Assembly (NCBI RefSeq): GCF_000150275.1
Contig: NW_002060946.1
Location: forward strand, 3,801,454-3,865,453
Length of the DNA stretch: 64,000 nucleotides
Direction: 5' to 3'
DNA from: Trichoplax adhaerens
Lineage: Eukaryota; Animalia; Placozoa
Within the stretch, counting starts at the first letter, position 1, and each line of letters opens with the position of its first letter. The translations under genes and the position numbers were made by a program. Below the pieces are notes generated by a model. That model saw only the letters and a program-made list of their open reading frames with translations, was not told the origin of the DNA and did not search any database. Shown in pieces: positions 12,496-25,491 of this stretch.

Positions 12496-14459
12496 ATGAC
12501 TGACGAAATCACTCATCAGGATGATCATGATCCATTCGATCCGACAAAAATTCCCCAGTTAAGAATGATCGAAATTAACAATCAAGTCAAAGAGCTACAA
12601 ACGATCATTAGAGACAGGTAAAATGGAGATATCAAGCAAGCATTGATGTTGATTGTTCATTTTCTCCTTGTCCAATCTATTCAATCATGCGCGATGATGA
12701 CTTGAATGCAACCTAGTCAACATTATCTTCCATCAAACGATGACGATCATAAGATATACTTTACTTTCTTGCTTTCAATGTCATCGATCAACCTTGTATG
12801 CTAGTAGACCGAAAGGAAAATCTCCAATGATATTGCACTACAATCACTCCCATATGAAATAGATATACAGTACTTTTCTATGGTGACCAGTTCATGTCAA
12901 TCCATTCACTTCTACTGTACAGTACTGGCGGGGGTAGACCGGTTTACTGTTCTTGGATTAATCAAATAACTTGTTATGGCCAGATACTACTGTAAGCGAT
13001 GAAAGAGAAATTTGGAAAATGACCAACCGTAAATTGGATATTGACCTAGTAACAACATGTTACTAAAATGCTGCAATGTACTTTACAATATTGTACAGTA
13101 TACTAAGGGTAGAAGGACACTCCGATTGTAGGTTAGCACCTTGTTTACTTAAGCCCACTAACGACTGTCCATTAAACCATTCCATCATGCACGAAATAGT
13201 CCCAAACTTAGCTTAAAGCTGTCCAACCAGTTCTTCAATTGATCGAATAGGATAGAGATGTGACAAAAAATGAGTACAAGACCATGGTAGATCTATGGAA
13301 GAACTCGTTGAATGTCATAGCACAGAACCATTTACAATAGGAAAACCAGTGTGATAGAATAATAGACAAGCTTCTTCAAGTCTGAAATAACATGCAGTCA
13401 TACTCTGCAAAGCTATGACAACTAGAAAACATCATGGCAAGATTCAGTTTTAGTAATCAACTTAATCATGATCGATTCTAATAATTGGAACTATGAATGA
13501 TCAACGAGAACATTTTCAGACTTGTACGCTAACAATAAATTTGATTTTCCCGCTGAGCATCATACTACGCCAGATTGAATCCGATATTACAATATTTTAT
13601 TTTCAGGCGATTCGTACTCTATAGCAATAGATCGTAGCCTTTTGTAAATAAACTATTAAAAGTACTGTATATAGCATTCGATATGTTGGTGGAACCTTGA
13701 CACTCTGTAAAACGGCATAATAAATGCTCTTATGGAATACAGCCTAACACGAGTCCATTTGCATCAGCAACATACCATTACGTATAACATTACTATTCAA
13801 TCAAACATTTCCGTAGTTAACTACTATACTATCGATGCAATGGTAGCTATTGGTTATGGTGATCTAAACCTGTCATATTGAATAATGATTTTATTCTCAT
13901 GAATGGTATTGTTAGGGAGACAACACGTAGTGATTTCGTATTTTGCGCTGATCGACTAATTCGCTTAGTGGTAGAGGAAGGATTAAATCAACTGCCTCAT
14001 GAAACTACTGATGTAACAACGCCGACAGATCAGGTCTATCATGGATTAAAATTTGGCAATGCTAATTGTGGTGTTAGTATTATGAGAAGTGGTGAAGCAA
14101 TGGAACGCGGATTAAGGGATTGCTGTTCATCTATTCGTATCGGTAAGATACTCATTCGATACAACGAAGACAGTGAAGAGCCAATGGTATATTATGCTAA
14201 ATTTCCACCGGATGTTTCTAAGCGTAAAGTATTGTTAATGTATCCTCTTTTAAATACTGGTCAAACAGCTATTGCGGCCATAAGAACCTTAATCAATCAT
14301 TCAGTACTTGAAGACAATATCATATTCCTAAATCTTTTCGCTACTCCAGAAAGTATATCAGCAATTGTCAAGCAATATCCTAAAATCACCATACTATCAT
14401 CCGAGGTGGATCAGATTTGCCCTAATTACTTTGGACAAAAATATTTTGGAAGCGAATAA
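12496..14459 (+). CDS. UPRT: Uracil phosphoribosyltransferase homolog (animal UPRT type), 2 exons (12496-12617, 13916-14459), 221 aa
   Basis: NNQVKELQTIIRD|RETTRSDFVFCADRLIRLVVEEGLNQLP, CGVSIMRSGEAME, IRIGKILI, VYYAKFPPD, FGQKYFG. The phase-2 GT-AG intron joins the exons in frame. Confidence 0.93.
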
Positions 14460-16567
14460 TGAGCGGCAAAGTGTGGTGGCGTATCTTCTTATTACTCCTA
14501 GAAAAAAATCGACACTTTCTATTATTGGATTTGAAACGAAACTTTAGGATGTGAATACATTATTATACATACGAGTAAGTTTTGGCTTGCAAAACTCTCC
14601 TCAAGAAATGATGAGTTCCCATCTTTAGTTTATATCGATGTAATATTTAGTAAGAATTTATTTACATATAGAGTATAATTGCTTTGGATTTGCACGAGGA
14701 GTCTAGATAGTGCACTCGAACGTTGATGGATTATTAACCACATAGACAACATTTATTTAAGCTATCCGTATCACAGTTAAAATTTATGTATGTACGTATC
14801 AGCATAAGCTCACTGCACTTATGTTCCGATCTAGTCAACCTGAATTAGTCGTTGGTATACATGTATATTTTAAACATATATATATATTCTTATGTTTGTG
14901 CTACAAGAGAGAGAATCATGCAACCTTGTAAAACTGCTATTTAATCATTGATCTCAATCGATATGACTTCTAGTCGCTTAATACAACTGTAAAGACTCGC
15001 AAACAACTCTTAAATCTTTACCACACCACACTGCGAGTAAGATAGAAATAGACTAATAGTTAGACCTTGACGATTCAAAATTTCTTCATTACAAACTCAG
15101 GAACTCGTAACTCGTTGGTTATATACTGTACGTATAAAGAATTGATAATAAATATTATTATACGGCATATAGATTTCTACTAACGTTGAAAGGTATATCT
15201 TACATATTTTTACCTTGACCAGTAACCAAATTTTTTATTTTACCCCTACGAGTCACTTTAGTTCTCAAGGACTTAAGCTGTACTGTACCTTTAACTCACT
15301 ATCAACAATCTTTTATTTAATAGCCGTAACTATATCGAAATTATTAATCGTATTATGTTACCGCATATGTAAAAAGTATGCATAATCTTTCTTCATATAT
15401 CATGTATCCACACTACATACTCCTCATGTAACATAATGCAGTATCTGCAAGCAAGACTATATTATATAAAGTACTTTATATGAAAATTCTCTTTCTATTA
15501 CCGTGTAGAATAGATGTTGGTTTAAATATAGTACATCAAGTTCATTTTCGAGCAATAGAATAGGGGCAATATCGTATCCACGCTTGAAATTGATAAATAC
15601 GAACTATATTAATAAAAGTTGCGGTTGTACAAAATGATTGCACTAACTTACTAAACCTTCAATAAAATAACGTCATACCACATAATCTTAAGCAACTTTA
15701 ATTGTAATTTGTTTATTGCAATGATTTCATCTCTCATAATAATGCTGTAATTGCACCGCAATATTTCGGTATTAAGCATACAGCAATTAGTGAATCTTGT
15801 TACAAGTGATTTAAAATTCAAATACACTAGCTATGACATTGTTTTAATTCAATATGACAAAAGTACGACGTATAGTCTAAAAGAACACATTAAAATTTCT
15901 TAGTATACTACATCCTGTCTCAGCTGTAAAGTTATACAGAACAAATAACAATTTACTACTAATCTAATTGCAATGGCTTTGCAAATCGTAGTGAGTTTAT
16001 ACATGCGTAGATTACTTTGGTATTATTGTCAACAAAACCTACCAAGGTAAATTTGTTTGGGACGATTTAGATAATATAATTTAAAGGGTATTAGAACGAT
16101 TAAATTTTAAGTAATTGGTAAAGTACTGGTATAAATTGTTTAGTCACTACAGTGAACTGATCGTATACTGTGATTATAAGAATGTGCGTCATTTGCATTC
16201 AACAGAATCAATTATAAATTACTTGTATAATAAATCAATTTGGATGTTTCAGAAATTACTCTACAATATACATGTGTAAATAAATTCAACTTTAATTAAT
16301 GCTCTTTATAAAGAAAACAATCGATTTAAACATTCGCAACAAGTGCTTTCACATAATATATTTAAATTCTACCATAGGTACGATTATGAGATTACACTTG
16401 TGGCGATCAATAAATAAAGAAAAACCTACCGTGATCTCTATCTATCATACGTGTCTGAGAATACTGTATCCAGTATACCATTGTTGACTGAAATTAATAA
16501 ATACTAGTTAAGAAATTCAATGCAAACATTAATTAAATTTTCCTTTTAGTCATATAATATTAAATTC

Positions 16568-17819
16568 TTATGGATTTAATTCGTAGCCGTTTTGTGGATC
16601 ATCAAGTTTAACGCGATTCCATTTTCTAGTAAAATTTGATTCACGGATAGCGTCAATAACAGCTCGAATGTAGCGGCCATCTTTAAATGTAGCAGCTTTC
16701 CTAATACAATCATAATTTACTAATCCGTTTATGTCATCTTTGCAAGTTACGAAAGCATTCTTTAAGGCCTTAACGAACTCCAATCCTGCGGTTAAATAGA
16801 AGCCCTGCCGATTATAAGGTGAAGTATAGCTTCCATTTTCGTTTTGATCCCCTTCTGAATTGTAAAGAATTTCCTCTTTTCCTGAATCATTCCTTGTACC
16901 GAATAAATTGTCATTCCGAATAACTAAACGGCCTTCTTCCCCAATCATAATTAGCTCTTGATAACAACTACCACGAAGCAAAGTATTTATTGTTACGTTG
17001 ATACGTAATCCGGAATCCAGCAGCATTTGAAACGTACAAAAGTCATCACTAGTTATAGCACGGAAGCCTAAAGAGAAATATTACAGCACAGAAAACTTAA
17101 CATATTGATTCAATTATGATAGTGCTACGCTGATGTTCGCTTAATTTTCTATACTTTTGATCTCTATAGTTCATCGGCTTACCCTGAATATTTCCTTGAT
17201 GCTCAACAAAAGTATGAGAATGTCCCAACACTTCCGTAGCCTTACTATTTGTCAAATAGGATACAATATCAATGACGCTACTTCCAATCAAATTTAACGA
17301 GCCACCCCCCATTTTAGTGTTACAAAGCCAGTTATAATGGTTAGTAACTAGAGATCCCGTGTGAATGCGAATATCACCCAGTAATAAATGTCCGCAATAT
17401 CCACTCGTAATTAATTCCTTCATTCTAACATAAGCAGGCAGAAAGCGTGCTTCGTGTTGAATTAACGATAGCAGACTTGGATAATAACGTGCAGCATCCA
17501 GCATCTTTTCGCTATCCTCAGTAGTTAATCCTGACGGCAACTGGCACACAACATGTTTTCCAATGCCTAAAGCTTTGACAGCTATTTCTGCATGTAAGAA
17601 TGGTGGGCAATTGATAAAAAGTAGATCGACATCTTTACGAAGCAATAACTCGTCTAATTTGCTGGTATAGTACGGGATGTTGAAGTTATCAGCTATTTTC
17701 TTAGCTACCTGAGGGGTTCTACTCCATAAAGCTGTGACTGAAAACCCAACTTGCCGAAATAAAGGTATGAGTACATCAGCTGACCATTCTGTGACAAATA
17801 TACCAACACGAGGTAGCAT
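16568..17819 (-). CDS. GFOD1: Glucose-fructose oxidoreductase domain-containing protein (GFOD1/2 family), 2 coding exons (17819-17183, 17067-16568), 378 aa
   Basis: MLPRVGIF..., IPYYTSKLDELLLRKDVDL, IAVKALGIGKHV, AARYYPSL, RFLPAYVRMK, MGGGSL, G|FRAITSDDFCTFQM and AATFKDGRY match the GFOD1/2 family. Likely co-orthologous to both vertebrate paralogs. Confidence 0.88.
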
Positions 17820-20255
17820 CTCTTTTTTTAAACTGTAAGGCAGGAGTTAATGAATTAGAGTACGTACCATGAAATGCAGTCTGTTTCCTAAGAAGATTTG
17901 CAAAGTATGTATAAAAAATTAATATTGCGATAGACTCACAATGCAGAGAATGCGAATATGATCCTACTGTACTGAATAAATACTTTACTTATACTGTATC
18001 ATAGTATGGAAAATATTTTGATTGTAGGAGGTATATCTTATAGGTACAGGGAGCACCTTGCTCAGTAGTACTGTATAGCAATGAATAAGATTATAATCTA
18101 TAAGATCATTTTAATGATTATTTAATAATAGTACTAAATTACTTTTGCTTTATTCAATGTTTTATTCGATTTTACTAATGACAGAATTCTTAAGACTGCA
18201 ATACCCAAAGTAGGTTATGGGTCAGTGCAAGTCTATGCCAAACAGAAAAAGGTGCATAGCTTCTTGAACTAAGTTCTACTACCGTACAGCATATTGCTAT
18301 CTCTAGATGGTACTTGTATATTGCACTGCAAGAGATCTACAGCAGTTGATATCTATAATACTGTACTGTAATGTGTGAAAATCAAAACACGTATGGAAAT
18401 ATTTTAAAGTACAAAATACTAAATGTAACTATAAAAAAATTCAGAAATAGAAACCAAGGATAGTACGTGTATTATTAGAAAAATACCATTTGATCAATGC
18501 AGACTATAAACATTACTTAGACTTGGTGATAAATGGCCACTACAAGATGTTATCATCAATAAACTGTGGTTCCTTTCTACCCTACTTTTATCAACGAATC
18601 AATGCTTTTAATCTGCACATAACGGATACACACTAATGGGATATTATAGTAGGATGAATACAGTTTCTATTCAATTATGCGATAAATTCAAGAGTTTCAC
18701 GATCGAAATGAAGCAATGTAGTTTACGATAGAAAGGAGTATATCCATGATTTAACAGTTCATTTGTAACGAGCATATCGAACCCTATGAATGCTTTCTAC
18801 CCTCGCAAAAGCCATCATAATCGATGGGACATCCAGTCAATTTAGTGAGTGCCGTGAGTACAATTTTATCGATATTTTGCGATGTTGATAACCGAAATAA
18901 GCCGCCGCCATCGTAACAATGGAGCACAATATGACGAATAAGTGTGACATGTGTCAATACTTTGCTGGTTTTACATCTTTACAGCCATAAATGTTACTGA
19001 TTTCTGAGTTGTAAAACACGCAAGGCACGCACAGATTCTGTCTATTTCAATGCATAGTACTACCAAAACAATTTCAACTTTTTCTTACCATGGGCGATTT
19101 CTTTTAAAGTATCCAATCATCAATAGGGGCCATCAGTTTGTGATGAAAGATTAGGCTATCATTTTAATTTAAAACAAATAGTAAGCATCGAAGATCAAAT
19201 TGGACGTTTCTGATGAAATAAGCAATCGTAGTAATCATATCGTCTGAGGAATAAACTACAATGTTCTACTTGTTGTCTACTAGAGTCAGATTGGATAAAT
19301 CACGAAATGGAAATGAAACAAGTTTGGGTAACAAATATTAACGGAATGTGTATTATGTGCTGATTAATTTAACCTCCTTGGAAGACTATCGTATTAAGAT
19401 AATTTTATACCTAACGCATGTTGTTCTTTACTCCTAATGGATAGACTAATGGATACCAGATGATCACAGATGCAAATCTACCCTAATGATTCCACTTCTA
19501 GTCGCACCATGTAAAAAGCTTTTCAGCCCGTTAACCGCCAGAATAGGATTGATTTCTCCTCCTCTAATGGACGAATTTACTGTACTAGACTAGACAGTAC
19601 AGTGTACAGTAAGTGTGGCACGATATACGATAATGCAAACACTACTCTGTATAGGTTGTGTATCTCTACATTAGACATTATATACCCATGACTAAGCGAA
19701 AGAATCTTCAAATCGCAATATACACACTATGTGATAATCATGCATTAAGATCGAAGAACAAAAGATGCCCTAGGCAACATTAATTAATCAATCGATATAG
19801 GTAATGAACAAAGGTAAATTCATTTCTTGTTGACTTATATAACTGTCACTTTCTGCAACGCAACACCTTAATAATATGACAGCTCGCACATTACAGAAAC
19901 AAAAACTCACCAAGAGTGATGATGTCATGGTTGGATAACTCAAGCAGGATATTCGTTTAGTCCTGGTTTGCATCCGTAAGCACCAAACTTATCTTCTATC
20001 AATTTACACTTGCTGTCGATAGTTTTGATTCTTGGGTTACTAGACTGTCAAATTGATCCAATCTGTTAAATGGATATGGTGCAAGCTCGTGACTGATTGA
20101 CCATAAACTGCTACTGGGCGCCTTTCTAAAAACTTTATTGGTCGGGGTCATTTTGACGCCAAATGCTATATACGTGTACTCGATTACGATACTAGTATTT
20201 GATTAACTTAATGTGGTCTAGTCGACCGACTTTGAAAGAAATCTACGTCATGGTC

Positions 20256-20490
20256 AATTAGATCTTATACTCACTGACTCAGATTATTGACTACTTAGTG
20301 TTGATGAGTAGTGCTACTTAGATTGTGATAGACGTGATACCACTTATTCGATTTTATACTAATTCCTTCATATTCTTAGCTAAAACGTCTTAGAAGTGAT
20401 ACTACTGTACTTACTTAGCAAGTTCTATAGTTAAATCAGACATTTTAGCAAATAATTAATTGAGTCAGTGAGCATAAAATCGAATAATTA
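20256..20490. repeat. Degenerate foldback / MITE-like inverted repeat
   Basis: gatcttatactcactgactca (20261-20281) is the reverse complement of tgagtcagtgagcataaaatc (20461-20481) at 19/21. ttattcgattttat (20344-20357) is the exact reverse complement of 20474-20487. gctaaaacgtct and agacattttagc form an inner pair. Confidence 0.5.
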
Positions 20491-21959
20491 TAGAATACAT
20501 CCCATGTTAGGTCAAGTATAACTTGACCTAACATCAACACGAATACACGCTAGCTGTTCAAAGCGGTGCTATCACTTCTGTCGAAATGGCCGTGAAAACT
20601 AAGTCATGTCGCAAGCAAACATGCCTGGCATGCAACTATAAATTTAGCTGCAAACATGTTGTACAAATATCATTTATTTAACAGTCATATATTTTTAATT
20701 TCCCTAGCAATATAATAAATGGCATTTTGCTATGCAAATAAATAAAATTCCCTAGGAGAGATGAACCAAAATTGAACCGTTTAAAATGCAAGTGCTTGTA
20801 ATAAATACGTCTCATAATAACTAGCTTAGTCAAATCGTATTTTCCAAAATGTTTTTATTACAAGGTATTAGGAATAGTAGAGCAATAATTAATTACTTTA
20901 AGAATCTAGTCTAAAATCTAAAGTATTCCGAGCTCGAAGCGAAGTGAAGCCTCTTCTCTGTGAGCGCATCTCTGCAGTTCTTATCAACATTTCGTTAAAT
21001 CCATTTATGACAACTTGATTCATCTACAATCAGACATGAGTCATCAAATAAAATACTTTTCTCTTATAGTAAATCATTATTTTCTACAATCTAAATCATT
21101 CTACTTAAGATGTCACTACTCTTCTATTAACGTCTAGGCCCTTTCTTCGAAGGGCATCTTAACAACTACAGTATTTCTAGCTACATAAATCTAGTACCAT
21201 AATTAGTAAACTGGATACTAATAGTCATCAACAATTTCTAATATAGTAGTTAGCAATCATCTACTATTAGCTTCACGGTAATATCTATTTAAAGCAACCT
21301 AACTATATCTAATATAGCTATCCGTATAATCAAATACGGGTGCATCACTACAGTGCTGTACATATGAAACACGTAGGTCTACTTCTACAGTATCAAATAG
21401 AGAGCTTTAGAGGTGTAGGCAATAGATACCAGCTAGTAGGAAACATAGAATCATCATGCAAGACCACATAGATCATTAAAATGACAGCTAATCGGTATAG
21501 ATAATCCTCAAGTTGAAAATAGAACATATGTACAGTACAGTACTGTATAATACCTCATAGCCTAACACTCTGTAAAGTATCAGCGAAATAAAAAAATCAT
21601 AAATCACTTATGAAAAGGTAATATATTTCATCAACATAATCAAATTGCAATAATAAATTGTATTATACAATAAAATATATATCACGGCTGAATCCACTTG
21701 TACCGGATATACATAGATACTGCATGTATAGACATAGCTTGCTGTAAATACGCCATGTTTCGACGCAGTGATTATAAAAATTTCTATTAGTACATGCTAC
21801 AGGCAAACAGCTTAGATAACAATTGGATTTAAAACATCTACGAGTATGATGAAGGAACTGTATTACAATAATTGTATACTTGTACGTAGACGTGTAGCTA
21901 TAACATTTATTGAGCTCAGATATACACGCGGTACCATTGAATAATTTTAGTTTTTAGAT

Positions 21960-23970
21960 CTATAGAACAATTGCTGCAGGTAGGGTTTCACCAGCTTTTC
22001 CCTTGAAGTGGAATCTAAAAAGTTGGGGGAATATTTTATACTGACGATATACTTTGCACATACTTGATTCGTTATACAGTGAAATAAGCATATAAGCATC
22101 CTTATCCCGCAAACAATCAAGTTATAGTAAGCCCCTACCTTAAATTAGTCGTAGCAGGAGTATCTTCCAAGTTAAATTCTGCAACCGGAACACCTCGGGT
22201 AGCTAACTCCGGAGCAAATCCGGCAGCAGGATAAACCACTGAAGAAGTTCCAATCTTAAAAGGAATAAATAAGGCAATTAAACCCAAAAGTTAAACAGAA
22301 AGCTATGAAAACAACTGGTTAATGTACCAATAAACAAAAATCACATGCATCCATGGCTGTCCAAGTTTTGTCTAGTACATCTTCATTCAAACTTTCTCCG
22401 AACCAGATAACGTTAGGGCGCAAAAGTCCTCCACATGCTTTACATCTGCATCCAATATCAATCAAATAGAGGTAAGCTCAAATTATCAGTTACTTACATT
22501 TCACTTTAACTTTAAGAGTCATTAGCTCATACCTAGGCAATTCCTCTACGGGAATGCGAGCATCTGGTGTATCTGGATCAGGTAAACTAAAATCAAGTCG
22601 TAATTAAGCATTCCACCAGTCACAATCTAATAATGCAATCTACGTTCAAAGTTTTTTGTAATTGGGCTCAACCCTTTTCCTGCAAGCGATGGTGCAATGG
22701 GGCTGTCCCAGTTTTCTTCAATTCGATAGCACTTTGTACACCGGGTCTCATATAAAGAACCTACGTACATTTTAATGTTTCTTAGTATAACTAATAGATA
22801 ATACAATATAAAAAATCAATTTTTAACACGACCGAATTTAAATTTATTTCAATTTGCGATAAGAGATTACGCTAAATTTACTCTATGTTAACCATGCAAC
22901 TCCAAGACATTTTTTGATCCTGCTTTATGATGGAGCCTATCAATATTTTGCGTTATAACTATGACACTCTTGTTTTCAAGAGCGAAGCGCTTCTCTAATT
23001 CAGCTACAGCGTAATGCCCTTTATTAGGTTCTTTAGTCCGAGCAAATTCTCGTCTGTAGCTATAAAATCAAGATCATTCGGTTATTTGGTTATTGGTACT
23101 GTACGGACAGCATAGTAAAGTTATATTTAGTATGTAACACTCTTGGAAAGCAATCTTGAATGGGCTAATATGAACATACTGTATTGCTATCATATAGTAA
23201 TCAGTTTGTACCTGTAGAACTCCCAAATTAGCGAAGGATTTGCAGTAAATGCTGAAGGGGTAGCCAGATCTGTCGCTTGATATATCCTCCAATAGCCACC
23301 TTCACCACGAAACGTTGGAATGCCACTTTCAGCACTTATTCCTGCGCCTGAAATGTACTCCTACTTAATGCAATACTTTGGGAAGCATCCATGCCTTAAT
23401 ATATAGATTCTATGCTTTCTATTCGAGTCTCTAGGTAGCAGCATCCTGTATTGTGCATACTGTATATACAGTATACGTAAATTGATAATTATACTAATTT
23501 ATCGTAATATAATTACCCAAAACGCCATTTATACTCGTACAGTATATACTTATTTTTGTTGATAACTTTCAATAACGTCATCCATTGCTAAAGTCGTTAC
23601 AAAGATGTAATAAGTAATATAATAACTAACCATCCGATCGATCTATTGCAGTGTCCAAGGTATAATAAAGTAATAGAGAGCTTAACTGTAGTAATCATGA
23701 GACTCAAGCCATACTTCTCTGTAAACATTCTGTACCTTGTATCTTCAACTGTATGTTTACAATAATTTATAATTGATCAAGCAACATGCACACTTCGCAC
23801 AATCGACTCTTACCTGTCATTACCAGCACATTGTTAGCCTTGCTAAATTCCTCATGAAATCGAGTCAAATTGTTTCTAAATACCATACTTAAATGGAATA
23901 ATTTTCTGTCCTGAAAGCTAATTTTAGCTATAATTTGGGGAAAACGACTACGGAGAAGTGCGGTCGACAT
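21960..23970 (-). CDS. SIRT5: NAD-dependent deacylase sirtuin-5 (class III sirtuin), 8 exons
   Basis: Basic N-terminus resembling a mitochondrial presequence. Motifs TG|[22 protein letters not shown] (class III Tyr/Arg specificity pair), [13 protein letters not shown]|SL, zinc ligands [34 protein letters not shown]. Ends [10 protein letters not shown] at 21960. Confidence 0.93.
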
Positions 23971-24334
23971 TGAGCTTTCTGGATGAGAAGTGTAGTCGTC
24001 ATTAATCAGGATAATTTGCTACCGTATCAATAGTACAGAAGAGCATATTACAGTATCAAATCATCAATCTGCCATAGGGTACTATATGAAATTCCCGCTC
24101 TACTGAACCATCTGCGCATGTCAATGTCAGAAACCCGCGAATTTACAAATGAATAAAAAAAATTCTCCAGTACCTTTTACACTGTATCACCAGTGCCGAA
24201 TATAGAGTACAGTATTGACAGTTGGGTAGAATGCATAGCACCGTATGACTCGATGTAGGCATAAGCATAACCAAGCAACAAGTTGCAGAAGGCACCAATG
24301 TCCTAACGCAATCTCGACAAGAAATGAAATAGAA

Positions 24335-25491
24335 ATGGTCCAGATCATCGTTCATTGGTTTGTTATTTAATCTGAACATTTAATTGCTCTATTTGATCCT
24401 AGGTTTATTTAAGGATTGAACAAGATCTTTATGCTACCATGCAATAGCTTGTATATTGTACAATCTACGATGATAAACTGTGATAGCAAATCGAAAAATA
24501 GCTAGCCAACGGTTGCTTTATTTTACAGGCACTTTCGTTAAAACTACTGTAACTGAATCCATTGGTTATAGTCATAGAATAATCCTCATTTTAATACATG
24601 TACTAGCAAGTGAGGAGTAAATCAATAGACTACCAGTTGGAATGAAAGAAAAATTTGTAGATCTGATCGTGAAAGCTATCGTAATGTGTATTTTGAACGT
24701 TCGTTGCTTCTATTTATCATTTGAAATGTTGTCTTAATATTATAACTGTCTGCTACTTGATAAAAGTTCTTGCTTTAAGTTACAAGATTATACATAAGAA
24801 AATGAACAATTAATTACCGTAGAGATTTCTATACTATGCAGTATGTTAAATCACTATCGAGCTTATTACTAACTAGCTACAGGCATAACATCGAAATTTC
24901 CTGCTTAACCAATTGTGAGCTTTAGCTAATGTCGTATTCAACTAATTCTCTATATACCTTATCTTCTATTCAACAATCAAAGCGATCAGTTAGCCGAATG
25001 GTGCTTGATAGAATTACAAGGTCGACTCGAACAATCCGATGGCTGTAGTGAAAGTACTGATCCAGCTAAAGTTGGAAATATTTATTTCGATGATAAAGTA
25101 AGTTCTGTGCTATCATACATCGATGTAAACTACGTTATTCATAGTTCATATTTAGTGATAATTATCAAGATCTATCTGTCTATCCCAATTTTATTCATAA
25201 ATTGTAAATCTCATTTAATGATGCACTTTTTAATTCCAGAATACACCCTATATTATTATCGGTAGCCATATATTAGATGGTAAAGTCGTACAAATCGATA
25301 AGCCATTGGTTGTATTAGAAAAAGGAACTTTGAATGATCAATCTAGCGAAAGTGACATGAATCACGAAAACAAGAATAAAAGCGTAGAATATAGTATAAA
25401 AGGGATAATCAAAACAAAGCTAATCTTCAAAAGTAGGCCTAAGCCTATCGTATTACAACAGTACGTTAAGAAAAGGCCAAGAGTAAAATAA
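24335..25491 (+). CDS. CHTF8: Chromosome transmission fidelity factor 8, 3 exons (24335-24357, 24983-25097, 25240-25491), 129 aa
   Basis: MVQIIVHC|DQLAEWCLIELQG, GNIYFDDK|NTPYIIIGSHILDGKVVQIDKPLVVL and IKTKLIFKSRPKPI match Ctf8. The exons total 390 nt in frame. Confidence 0.9.

Noticed and set aside
12618-13915. Unusually long UPRT intron with ATGATGA (C-box-like) near 12694, a possible snoRNA
   Set aside because: No CTGA D box at a suitable distance and no terminal stem.
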